A DNA stretch of 64,000 bases from Desulforegulaceae bacterium (GTDB lineage: Bacteria > Desulfobacterota > Desulfobacteria > Desulfobacterales > JACKCP01), in contig JAVETN010000003.1 of assembly GCA_034006035.1 (NCBI GenBank), forward strand, positions 74,472-138,471. The letters run 5' to 3'. Each line of letters opens with the position of its first letter. Positions within the stretch are counted from its first letter, which is position 1. Both the position numbers and the translations under genes were made by a program. The notes beneath the pieces were generated by a model. The model had not been told where the DNA came from. It did no database searches and saw only the letters and a program-made list of their open reading frames with translations. Below, in pieces: positions 18,758-30,330 of this stretch.

Positions 18758-19051
18758 TTACAAATTACGGGGAGACAGAATCATCATAGTTTTTAAATAA
18801 ATGAAAAAATAACAAAATTTAATTTATCAAGGACAGAGGACTGGTTGATGAATTCAACTTAAAAAAGACAATAAAAAAGAACTTTATCCATATATTTTAG
18901 TATTAAAAATTATAGATAAAGATTTTTAAACACTCTTTAAAATCTAATTTTTTATAAACATTTTCTTATCTCCCTTAAATACAAAACATTTAAGAAGAAA
19001 TAATTGTCTGTAAATTTAAACCAAGGCTCAATCCGGTTTTTATTTAAAACA

Positions 19052-21496
<2,445 letters not shown>

Positions 21497-21503
21497 TTAA
21501 AAT

Positions 21504-22625
21504 TTAAATTTTTATCGGCATTATAGCCGCTGCATAATCAAGATTTTCAGAACCCGTTATTATACAATGTGATGATTTATCTTTCAAATAAAGAATTACA
21601 GAATTATCCTGAATATCTTTTAAAATATTTAAAATATATCTTGAATTGAAAGCTGTTTCAAAACCTTCTTTTTCAAATTTGATTCCTATGGATTCTTTAG
21701 CTTCTCCAAGTTCGGGATTACTTGAAGATAAAGTAAGGGTGTTATCTGAAAAATTAAAAAAAACTATTGGAATTTTATCATCTGCAACTATAGAAACTCT
21801 TTGAAGAGTATCATTTAAAATATTTTTATCAATCTCTATTGCGTATTCGTGATCCGGAACTACAAGTCCGCTGCAGTCAGGAAAATCTCCTTCCAAGACA
21901 TTTACAGAATAAAATTCATTTCCCTGTTTGAGAATCAATAATTCAGATGTAAAAGATAAACTTACTTTTTCCTGATCTATAAACTTTATTAAATCAGAAA
22001 TAACTTTTTTCGGGAGAAGAACAGATTTTGAGTTTAGTTCTTCGGGGATTAAAGATTCACTTCTTATTTCTGTTTTTATAATTCTTTTTGTATCTGTAGA
22101 AAACATTTTTAATGAAGAAAAATTTTTATTGTTTAAAAAAGAAATATTTATACCTAAAATAAAAGTCCTTAATTCGTTCATTTCCGGGTTAATTGAATTT
22201 CCTGCTGTAAGCATTTTTTTAAAAGAGTTGGAATTTGTATCAAAAAATTCAGAATCAAAATCAAGTGAAATTCCTGGGAAATCTTCAGGAGAAGCTCCTA
22301 CAAGATGAAAATAAACATCTTTTGTACCAATTTTTATCCATTGGAAATCTATTTCTTCAATGGGTATAAAATCTTCTGGAAAATATTTAACTATATCAAA
22401 AAATTTTTTTGAATTAAGGGCAATTATGCCTTTTGTTTCTATTTCAGCTTCCATAGTGCAGTAATATTCAGAAATAAGATCAGTTGCTTTTACAGATATT
22501 TCTTTATCTGAAATTGTTTCTATAATTACATTCCTGGTTATTTGAAGAGAAGTTTTTTGACTTGTCATTCCTTGAATTTTTTCCAGAACATTTTTAAAGC
22601 TGTTTTTTTCTATTCTTATTTTCAT
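21504..22625 (-). CDS. dnaN: DNA polymerase III beta subunit (sliding clamp)
   Basis: 373 aa with a three-domain clamp pattern. It ends ...AAIMPIKI and lies 16 nt upstream of gyrB. Confidence 0.9.
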   Translation of the reverse strand: MKIRIEKNSFKNVLEKIQGMTSQKTSLQITRNVIIETISDKEISVKATDLISEYYCTMEAEIETKGIIALNSKKFFDIVKYFPEDFIPIEEIDFQWIKIGTKDVYFHLVGASPEDFPGISLDFDSEFFDTNSNSFKKMLTAGNSINPEMNELRTFILGINISFLNNKNFSSLKMFSTDTKRIIKTEIRSESLIPEELNSKSVLLPKKVISDLIKFIDQEKVSLSFTSELLILKQGNEFYSVNVLEGDFPDCSGLVVPDHEYAIEIDKNILNDTLQRVSIVADDKIPIVFFNFSDNTLTLSSSNPELGEAKESIGIKFEKEGFETAFNSRYILNILKDIQDNSVILYLKDKSSHCIITGSENLDYAAAIMPIKI

Positions 22626-22756
22626 ATTTTAAAACCTTTTATTAATATATATTGTTAACTTGTTCATTAGTAACTTAATTGTTTGTTTTTATTTGGTTTT
22701 TAATTAACATCTTGTATTTTATAAACCTTATTTTTTATACAGACATATTTTTTATG

Positions 22757-23299
22757 TTAATAACTTTTAGTTCTGTTTTCAATCCATTTACTTATTGTTG
22801 ACAATTCTTTGTTTATCCAATCTTCTGAAATTCTTAATAAAATGAACTTTTGGAAAAGTTTATCAACAAGGTCTGTCAATAACTCTAGGAAGTATGCTTT
22901 TTCTATAACAGATCCTTCTATTTCATCAGGTGAAGTTGAAAATTTATATTTTAATACATTGAATCCTGTAATATCCAGACTCTCTCCTTTAATAAGAAAT
23001 TTAACATCTATATCTTCCCCTGTTTTAAAACTGATCTTAAGTTCTGTAACAAGGGCTCCTTTTTTTATTGCAAGAACTCCTTCATCAAGATTTGCTGTGT
23101 TACCGTTTATGGTTATTTTTTCTACTGATTCTTCTTTAAAATTTTCTATGACTATTTTATCATTAATGCTGAAATCTTTAATTTCAGGTGATATATTGTC
23201 AATAATTTCAGGTTTATTCTCTATTATAAACCAAAGCCATGTTAAAAATTCAAAACCTGTAAATTTATATTTATTGTACGCTACAGATATATCCAGCAT
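22757..23299 (-). CDS. RdgC-like protein, C-terminal half
   Basis: GFEFLTWLWF and AIKKGALVTELKISFKTGEDIDVKFLIKGESLDITGF align by eye to the E. coli RdgC C-terminal half (LTEWV ... [33 protein letters not shown]). Confidence 0.5.
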   Translation of the reverse strand: MLDISVAYNKYKFTGFEFLTWLWFIIENKPEIIDNISPEIKDFSINDKIVIENFKEESVEKITINGNTANLDEGVLAIKKGALVTELKISFKTGEDIDVKFLIKGESLDITGFNVLKYKFSTSPDEIEGSVIEKAYFLELLTDLVDKLFQKFILLRISEDWINKELSTISKWIENRTKSY

Positions 23300-23300
23300 T

Positions 23301-23918
23301 TTAAGACTCCCAAATATTTATATGTGAAGAAGTGTAGAAAACATCTTTGCTTGTATCTGAAATTCCATCATTAAAATAAACCTTTGTGTATGGAAAAAGT
23401 CTTATAATAGATGTTTTAAATGTTTGACGGAAAAGGGTTTCAAAAATTTCATTAATAGTTTTTTGGGTGGTAAAAAATATAATTTCGTTTTTTTCAGGTA
23501 TCCATAAAATATCATAAATATCTGGTATGGAAGGCATCTGAAGGCTTAATCTCAAGATAATATCTTCTTTTAATTTTGATTTTTCATTCTTTGAAAGATA
23601 ATCTTTATTTGCTTCTTTCATTATTTTTTTTGATTCAATAGCTAAATGCTTGTCAATTATTTTTTTTGGAATAGATTTTTTATCTATTCTCAGACAAAAA
23701 ACAAAATAATTTCCATACTTTATAGGATCAAATTCAAAATCTGTGTCAAAATGATTTTCATAAGACACCCATCCTGCAATTGATTCAGTCATTTCAGATT
23801 CTGCAAATTCAGGAAATTGGTTTTCTTTTAAGCAAATTCTTATTTTTTCTGAAGAAAGTTTTTGGTCATCATCAATTTTATACCTTAAAAATGATGATGA
23901 TGAGGTTAAAAGACCCAT
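23301..23918 (-). CDS. RdgC-like protein, N-terminal half
   Basis: FLRYKI, AGWVS and KKSIPKKIIDKHLAIESKKIMKEANKDYLSKNEKSKLKEDIILRLSLQMPS are colinear with E. coli RdgC residues ~1-160 ([57 protein letters not shown]). Confidence 0.6.
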   Translation of the reverse strand: MGLLTSSSSFLRYKIDDDQKLSSEKIRICLKENQFPEFAESEMTESIAGWVSYENHFDTDFEFDPIKYGNYFVFCLRIDKKSIPKKIIDKHLAIESKKIMKEANKDYLSKNEKSKLKEDIILRLSLQMPSIPDIYDILWIPEKNEIIFFTTQKTINEIFETLFRQTFKTSIIRLFPYTKVYFNDGISDTSKDVFYTSSHINIWES

Positions 23919-24126
23919 TTGTAACTCCTTTATTATGAGTTTAATTGTTTAATTTATAGTTTTTTAAATCAGGAATAAAAATTTAACCTCAGGGTAAATT
24001 AAACAATCAATGATTAAATTTAAAATCTGACTTTGGAATGGACAAAAAAGATAGTTTCCGTTTAATTAATATTTCAGGTACAACCATAAAGAATATATAA
24101 TAATAAGCTTATAAGGCAATAATAAT

Positions 24127-25560
24127 ATGAAATTTTTAGCAGACCTTCATATACATTCAAAATATTCAATGGCAACAGCAAAAAATTCAGATTTGGAAAA
24201 TAATTATATTTATGCTTCTAAAAAAGGAATTAATGTCATTGGAACAGGTGATTTTACCCATCCAGGATGGTTTAATGAACTTGAAGAAAAACTTGTAGAA
24301 GATAAATCAACAGGCCTTTTTTCTTTAAGAAAAGATATTAAAATAAGTTTAAAAGATGAAGTAAATAAGTCTTTTAATGAAAAAATAAGATTTATGCTTC
24401 AGTCAGAAATAAGTTCAATCTATAAAAAAAACGGAAAAGTCAGAAAAATTCACAACTTAGTTTATTTTCCATCCCTTGAATCAGTTAAAAAATTTAATTT
24501 TAAATTAAATTTAATAGGCAATATAAAATCAGACGGAAGACCTATTCTTGGGCTTGATTCAAGGGATCTTCTTGAAATTATACTTGAAACAGATGAAAGA
24601 GGCTTTCTTATTCCTGCCCATATCTGGACACCCTGGTTTTCTTTATTTGGTTCAAGATCAGGGTTTGATACCCTTGAAGAATGTTATGAAGATTTGAGTT
24701 CAGAGATTTTTGCACTTGAAACAGGACTTTCCTCAGATCCAGATATGAATTTTTTAATATCAAATTTGGATAAATATACTCTTATTTCCAATTCAGATGC
24801 CCATTCACCGGGAAAACTCGGAAGAGAAGCCAATGTTTTTGACTGTGAAATGTCTTTTTATGAAATTAAAGATGCTCTTAAAAAAAAGGATAAAAATAAG
24901 TTTAAGGGAACATTTGAATTTTTCCCTGAAGAAGGAAAATATCATTTTGACGGCCATAGAAAATGCAATGTCTGTCTTTCTCCAATGGAAACTCTTGAAA
25001 ATAAGGGAATTTGTCCTGTTTGCGGCAAAAACCTTACCCTTGGAGTTTATTATAGAATAATTGAACTTTCAGACAGAAAAAATATAGACCAAATAAAAAA
25101 AGAGTCGCCGCCTTTTAAAAGTATAGTTCCTCTTACAGCCATATTATCAGAAATTTCAAAAGTAGGTCCAAACACTAAAAAAGTAAAAGCTCTTTATGAA
25201 AAGGTAATAAATAAAGCTGGTTCTGAATTTAATGCTTTATGGGGCTGTGAAAAAGATCTTCTTGATAAAATAGAAATTCCCCTTTTATCTGAAGCAATTG
25301 AAAGAATGAGAAATGATAATTTAAATATTGATCCTGGTTTTGATGGAGAGTTTGGCAAGGTCAGGATTTTTAATGCTAAAGAGCTTGATTCATTTCTCTC
25401 AAAAGGACAGGTAAGTTTTTTCAACAATAAAAAAAAAGATTCAAAACTTTTTGAATATAAAAAAAATCAAGAAGTTTTTAATCAAGCAAAAAAACTTTTT
25501 AAAGAAAAAAAAGAAGAAAAAACAATAGAAATTAATAAAAAAGAATTGAACAAAGAGTAA
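24127..25560 (+). CDS. Endonuclease Q-like PHP-domain nuclease (TIGR00375 family)
   Basis: DLHIHSKYSMA, VIGTGDFTHPGW, IPAHIWTPWFSLFG, SNSDAHSPGKLGREANVF, a zinc ribbon CNVC...CPVCG and GFDGEFGKVRIF. It is colinear with Pyrococcus EndoQ as recalled and ends at TAA 25558-25560. Confidence 0.8.
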   Translation: MKFLADLHIHSKYSMATAKNSDLENNYIYASKKGINVIGTGDFTHPGWFNELEEKLVEDKSTGLFSLRKDIKISLKDEVNKSFNEKIRFMLQSEISSIYKKNGKVRKIHNLVYFPSLESVKKFNFKLNLIGNIKSDGRPILGLDSRDLLEIILETDERGFLIPAHIWTPWFSLFGSRSGFDTLEECYEDLSSEIFALETGLSSDPDMNFLISNLDKYTLISNSDAHSPGKLGREANVFDCEMSFYEIKDALKKKDKNKFKGTFEFFPEEGKYHFDGHRKCNVCLSPMETLENKGICPVCGKNLTLGVYYRIIELSDRKNIDQIKKESPPFKSIVPLTAILSEISKVGPNTKKVKALYEKVINKAGSEFNALWGCEKDLLDKIEIPLLSEAIERMRNDNLNIDPGFDGEFGKVRIFNAKELDSFLSKGQVSFFNNKKKDSKLFEYKKNQEVFNQAKKLFKEKKEEKTIEINKKELNKE

Positions 25561-27354
25561 TTAAAAGCAGTAAATTCAAAATCAAAAAATATAATTGTAA
25601 CAGCAGGACCTGGAACAGGAAAAACCACTTGTCTTACAAATAGATTTTTTTATCTTTGCGAAAATGAAAAATTAAAACCAGAAAGGATTGCTGCGATAAC
25701 ATTTACTATAAAAGCATCTGATGAAATTCAGGAAAAAATCCTTGCTAAAAAATATAAAAAAAGGCCGTTTACAGGAACTTTCCATAGTTTTGCTTTGAGC
25801 TTTGAAAAAGACAATGTATTTAATATAATTGACGAAACAACAAAGAAATATATTTTAAAAAATCTTTGTAAAAAATATTTAGTTAAAACAAAATATACTG
25901 AAATTGAAGCTTATTTATCAAAAATCAAACAATCCCCTGAGTTTCTATTTAAAACTGATTATGAATATTTTGACCTTATTAAAAAATATGAAAAAGTAAA
26001 AAAATTAAGTAATTTAATAGATTATGATGATATTTTGTTAAATTTTTTTAAAAAAACTGAAGATGATGAGTTTAAAAGTTTAGTTAAAAATAAATATAAT
26101 TGTTTTTTAATTGATGAATATCAAGATCTTAATAAAATCCAGTATGAAATAATAAAACAAATAACTGATAAAAATACTTATATATTTGCAATAGGAGATC
26201 CAGATCAGTCCATTTACGGGTTTAGAGGCTCATTAAATGATTTTCAATCCAGGTTTTTGAAAGATTTTGATAATGTGGAAAAAATAAGTCTTATTCAAAA
26301 CTATAGATCCAGTGAATCAATTATAAATGCTTCTTTTCAGGTAATTAAAAAAAATGAATTAAGCAGCGATAGAAAAAAAGTTTATTCAGGTATTCAAGGT
26401 GAAAAGTATATAAATTTAATTGTTTCAGATTCTGAAAAGCTCCAGGCAAAATTTATTGCTGATGAAATTCAAAATCTCGTGGGAGGAACAGACTCTTTAA
26501 TAACTTTCAAGAAAAATTTTAAGGATTTAACTAGTCTTTCTTTTTCTGATATAGCTGTTTTATGCAGAACAAAAAAAGAAGCTTTTTTAATTTCTTCTGT
26601 ACTTGAAGAAAACTTTATTCCTTTTTCCAATATAAATGAAAAAAATTTAAATGAAGATAAACCACTTAAAAAGCTTTTTTCATACTTAAAAATGGTTGTC
26701 AGTGAACCTGATATTTCAGATCTTATTTTAAAGCCTTTTGGAATAAAAAATAAAATAGATAATATTGAAGAAAATATTGAAATAAATGAAGATATTTTTA
26801 ATAAATTAACTGAAATAAGAAAAAATCTAAAGAATAAAAAAACAAGTGGAATTATAACTTATCTTATAAAAAACACAGATTTGAATAAATTTGAAAAAGA
26901 TTATTCTTTTATGAATAAAATCGATTATATTCTCAAAATCTCAGATGAATTTAAAAAAATAAATGATTTTTTAATTGATATAAAATTGCACAAAATATCA
27001 GATATTGGATTTAAGGGAGAAAAAGTTAGTCTTATGACTCTTCATTCATCAAAAGGTCTTGAATTTGAATCAGTATTTATTCCAAATTGTTTTAATGGAA
27101 ACATCCCTTTTATAAAATCAGCTGAAATTGATAAAATTAACGAAGAAAGAAGACTTTTTTATGTTGGGCTCACAAGGGCAAAAAAAAGACTTTATATTTT
27201 AAGGCCTGAAAAAATTAATATTTTCGGAAAATATAAAAAAACCAAGCCCTCACCTTTTTTAAATGATATGGAAAATAATCTTATAAATAAAAAAAATATA
27301 AAAAATTTAATTAAAGACAGTTTGAAAAAAGACAATCAGCTGAAGTTTTTCTGA
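25561..27354 (+). CDS. UvrD/PcrA-type SF1 DNA helicase module in the same frame as the EndoQ-like ORF; it has no start codon of its own upstream of Walker A
   Basis: Own translation after the stop gives LKAVNSKSKNIIVTAGPGTGKT (Walker A at 25606-25626) and AITFTIKASDEI (motif Ia). Further motifs are LIDEYQDLN (II), IGDPDQSIYGFRG (III), NYRS (IV), MTLHSSKGLEFESVFIP (V) and RRLFYVGLTRAKKRLYI (VI). There is no ATG, GTG or TTG between 25561 and Walker A. The track's TTG start at 25795 would remove motifs I and Ia. Confidence 0.8.
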   Translation, partial: LKAVNSKSKNIIVTAGPGTGKTTCLTNRFFYLCENEKLKPERIAAITFTIKASDEIQEKILAKKYKKRPFTGTFHSFALSFEKDNVFNIIDETTKKYILKNLCKKYLVKTKYTEIEAYLSKIKQSPEFLFKTDYEYFDLIKKYEKVKKLSNLIDYDDILLNFFKKTEDDEFKSLVKNKYNCFLIDEYQDLNKIQYEIIKQITDKNTYIFAIGDPDQSIYGFRGSLNDFQSRFLKDFDNVEKISLIQNYRSSESIINASFQVIKKNELSSDRKKVYSGIQGEKYINLIVSDSEKLQAKFIADEIQNLVGGTDSLITFKKNFKDLTSLSFSDIAVLCRTKKEAFLISSVLEENFIPFSNINEKNLNEDKPLKKLFSYLKMVVSEPDISDLILKPFGIKNKIDNIEENIEINEDIFNKLTEIRKNLKNKKTSGIITYLIKNTDLNKFEKDYSFMNKIDYILKISDEFKKINDFLIDIKLHKISDIGFKGEKVSLMTLHSSKGLEFESVFIPNCFNGNIPFIKSAEIDKINEERRLFYVGLTRAKKRLYILRPEKINIFGKYKKTKPSPFLNDMENNLINKKNIKNLIKDSLKKDNQLKFF

Positions 27355-27378
27355 TTTTATAGAGGTGTTGTTTATAAT

Positions 27379-27951
27379 ATGATTAAATATTTGTTTTTAT
27401 TGTTATTTTTTATGTTTATAACTTGTTCACAAACTTATTCTGATATTTATATTTATGTTGATGACAATGGAATTCTTTCATTTACCAATACCCCGACATC
27501 CCCTGACTATAAGTTTTATATGAAAGAGACTAAATCAAATGAAGATTTTGGTTTTTTTGTTACAGATGATCATCTTAACAACATTTTAAATTATGTTTCC
27601 ATAGCAACCTCAGTTGAAAAGGAACTTATAAAGGCTGTTATAAAGGCAGAATCAAGCTTTATAAAAAATGCTATTTCTAAAAAGGGGGCAAAAGGATTGA
27701 TGCAGCTTATGCCGGTAATAATAGAAAAATACAAAGTAAAAAACCCTTTTGATCCTTCTGAAAATATAATGGCTGGGTCTAAGTATTTGAAAAAATTAAT
27801 GGATAATTATAAGGGTGATTTAAACCTTGTGCTTGCTGCATATAATGCCGGGCCCGGGGCTGTAAAGAGATTCAATGGAATTCCGCCTTATTCAGAAACC
27901 CGAAATTATATAAAAAGAGTTAAGTCATATTATCAAGAATATAAAAAATAA
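27379..27951 (+). CDS. Lytic transglycosylase (SLT domain), secreted
   Basis: Signal peptide plus ESSFIKNAISKKGAKGLMQLMP and AAYNAGPGAV. Confidence 0.85.
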   Translation: MIKYLFLLLFFMFITCSQTYSDIYIYVDDNGILSFTNTPTSPDYKFYMKETKSNEDFGFFVTDDHLNNILNYVSIATSVEKELIKAVIKAESSFIKNAISKKGAKGLMQLMPVIIEKYKVKNPFDPSENIMAGSKYLKKLMDNYKGDLNLVLAAYNAGPGAVKRFNGIPPYSETRNYIKRVKSYYQEYKK

Positions 27952-27958
27952 TTAAAAA

Positions 27959-28273
27959 TTATTCATTGAGGGGTAGTTTTATTTTTTTGTTTTTCAGGTC
28001 ACTGCTTTGTCTGTATAAAATAAGAATATGACCAATCATTGAAACAAAAAAAGAATTTGTTTCTTTTACTATTGATTCAGATATTTTTAATTTAGATTCT
28101 TTTTCTTTGTAATCTATGAATTTAATTTTTATTAATTCATGTTTTTCTAAAGCCTGATCAACAGACTTGATAAAATTAAGAGTAGCACCGTTTTGACCTA
28201 AAAAAACAACAGGTTTTAAATTATGTGCCAATCCTTTTAAATGTTTTTTCTGAAAAGTTTTAAGTTCTTTCAT
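27959..28273 (-). CDS. yhbY: YhbY-like CRM-domain RNA-binding protein
   Basis: LKGLAHNLKPVVFLGQNGATLNFIKSVDQALEKHELIKIKF matches the YhbY pattern. The start is set at MKELKTF. Confidence 0.8.
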   Translation of the reverse strand: MKELKTFQKKHLKGLAHNLKPVVFLGQNGATLNFIKSVDQALEKHELIKIKFIDYKEKESKLKISESIVKETNSFFVSMIGHILILYRQSSDLKNKKIKLPLNE

Positions 28274-28499
28274 AATTTTCTCTTTGTTTAAATTTAAAAA
28301 CAATAAATTATATAAGCTAATATAATAAAAGACAATATTTATTTTTGAATACATTTTTAAGTTTTAATAAAATATGAAAATTTAATTGAAGTTATCAGGC
28401 TATTTTAATAAGTCAAAGTCAAGGTTTTATATGATTTGCCAAAATTTAGTGGTTTTTTGTTTAAATAAGATTGAAATATTTAGTTTAAAGGATAAATAT

Positions 28500-29831
28500 A
28501 TGAAATATCTAGCTTCTGCTGTTGTTGCAAATGAAAAGGGTGAAATATTCGAGCTTGAAGGTTATTGTGCTGCGGGAATGGCAGGAAATGACCTTTATTG
28601 TTTAAATGAAAACAATTCAATCAAAATTCCAGATTACAGCGAACTTATGTTTTTGCCTGACAGAGCTCCGATTTTATACAATAAGAGAACCAAAAACTAT
28701 GAGATAGTTAAATTTAATCCATTTAATGAAAATGAAAAAATTTTTCCTGTGGCTGCTTTTAATTCCCCCGGGTATGTTATTACTTTAAATTCTGCTTTTG
28801 ATGAAAATAAAGAAGCAAAACCTCTTCCTCTTTTTTCCTATGGTGCAGTAGGAGGGTTCAAAGATGATTATGTAAGTGCTGTTTATCAGGTAGACAAAGA
28901 AGACAGGCAAGATCTTTCGTTAATGCCTTTGGAAAAGGTTGAAGAGGGTTTGAAAGAAAAAATAAAAAGATATCCAAATAATAGACTTGTTTATCATTTG
29001 AAAAAATGTGCCCTTGAATGGGGGTGTCCTGCTGCAAAAAATTTTTTTTTGAAAAGATATGAAGCTCCTCTTCCAACTTCAAGAGTTTGCAATGCCAATT
29101 GTCTTGGATGCATTTCATTACAAAATCAAGATTTTATTTCAAGTTGTCAGAACAGGATAAACTTTACACCTTCTCCAGAAGAAATAGCCCAAATTGCTTT
29201 AAGCCATATAGAAAATGTTGAAAATTGTGTTTTAAGTTTTGGTCAGGGCTGTGAAGGAGATCCTCTTCTTGCCTGGGATGTTATTTTGCCTGCAATAGAA
29301 ATTATAAGGTCAAAAACAGATAAAGGTACTCTTAATATGAATACAAACGGAAGTCTTCCGGAAATAATGGAAAGGCTTTTTAATGCAGGGCTTGACAGTA
29401 TAAGAGTAAGTGTTAATTCGTTTCAGAAAAAATATTATTTAAAATATTTTAGACCAAAATATGAGTTTGAAGATGTTCTTCAAACACTAGAAAAAGCCAG
29501 GGAAAAAAATAAATTTGTCTCCGTAAACTATCTTAATATGCCTGGTTTTACAGACACAGAACCTGAAATGAAAGAACTTTTTAAAATAATTGAAAATTAT
29601 AAAATAGACTTTATCCAGTGGAGAAATTTAAATTATGATCCAAAACTTTATTTTACTCAGATGTTTGATGGTTTTCCTCAAGACCTTATACCTTTTGGAA
29701 TAATAAATTTAATAGAGTACCTTAAAAACAATTATCAAAATCTTCATCATGGATATTTTAATCCTCCAAAAGGAAAATACAAAAGTAATAAAACTTGTGC
29801 CAGGGAAGTTTTTGATGATAAACTTAATTGA
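28500..29831 (+). CDS. Radical SAM protein with a ~190-aa unassigned N-terminal domain
   Basis: The CxxxCxxC cluster (SRVCNANCLGCIS) lies roughly 190 aa into the protein. GQGCEGDPLL and a TIM-barrel-like remainder follow. The start is set at ATG 28500 (MKYLASAVV). Confidence 0.7.
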   Translation: MKYLASAVVANEKGEIFELEGYCAAGMAGNDLYCLNENNSIKIPDYSELMFLPDRAPILYNKRTKNYEIVKFNPFNENEKIFPVAAFNSPGYVITLNSAFDENKEAKPLPLFSYGAVGGFKDDYVSAVYQVDKEDRQDLSLMPLEKVEEGLKEKIKRYPNNRLVYHLKKCALEWGCPAAKNFFLKRYEAPLPTSRVCNANCLGCISLQNQDFISSCQNRINFTPSPEEIAQIALSHIENVENCVLSFGQGCEGDPLLAWDVILPAIEIIRSKTDKGTLNMNTNGSLPEIMERLFNAGLDSIRVSVNSFQKKYYLKYFRPKYEFEDVLQTLEKAREKNKFVSVNYLNMPGFTDTEPEMKELFKIIENYKIDFIQWRNLNYDPKLYFTQMFDGFPQDLIPFGIINLIEYLKNNYQNLHHGYFNPPKGKYKSNKTCAREVFDDKLN

Positions 29832-29899
29832 TTTTTATTTAAAACTGTTCACAATTTAATAAAACCATTTGGTTATTTATGCTTTCCAGGGGGATAAAT

Positions 29900-30190
29900 A
29901 TGGATATTAAGATTGGAAAAACTTTAGATATCAGGTTTACGGAACAGGGTGAAAGAAGAAGAAATTTTCCAAAATCAGGAGAGCTTAAAGCAAAAGTGAT
30001 TGGAATCAGAAATTCCAGAAAAAATGCAGTTGTACTTGATACAGGACGAAGAGATAGGCGAACAAAAAGAATATTTAACGATCCTTCAAAATCAAAAGTT
30101 TTAACACTTTTAATAGAGAATGGGGATATGATTCCCAAAGATATTCAAACAGGAAATTACAAAATAAGTATTAAATTTACCGTAGAATAA
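29900..30190 (+). CDS. Small basic hypothetical protein (96 aa)
   Basis: A strong SD (CAGGGGGATAAATATG) and balanced amino-acid composition. I prefer it over the antisense ORF 29839-30138, which is low complexity. Confidence 0.45.
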   Translation: MDIKIGKTLDIRFTEQGERRRNFPKSGELKAKVIGIRNSRKNAVVLDTGRRDRRTKRIFNDPSKSKVLTLLIENGDMIPKDIQTGNYKISIKFTVE

Positions 30191-30271
30191 TATTTTTAAA
30201 AAAAATAATTCAAAATTTCACTTAGATTTTACTAAGAAAATCAATTTAGGTCTTTTTAATTAAAACAATTA

Positions 30272-30306
30272 AAAAAAAGGCCTTTTGATAAGATAAAGGC
30301 CTTAAA
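30272..30306. terminator. Bidirectional terminator hairpin
   Basis: AAAAAAAAGGCCTTTT-gataagat-AAAGGCCTT between convergent genes. Confidence 0.5.
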
Positions 30307-30330
30307 GCTTATTAGATTTTTAAATTTAAA

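Noticed and set aside
22626-24126. Possible oriC at the strand switch next to dnaN. Nearly all genes from 1617 to 23918 are on the minus strand, and plus-strand genes begin at 24127.
   Set aside because: I found no cluster of DnaA boxes in 22626-22756, 23919-24126 or 18758-19051. The only perfect TGTGGATAA I saw is a single copy at 15585-15593 inside the radical SAM coding sequence. Genes to the right are on mixed strands. Confirming this needs GC-skew and box-cluster computation, which I cannot do here.
29839-30138. 99-aa minus-strand ORF overlapping the 96-aa plus-strand ORF.
   Set aside because: Its composition is low complexity (S/F/L/I) and it has no SD. The plus-strand ORF has a strong SD (AGGGGGA) and a balanced composition.
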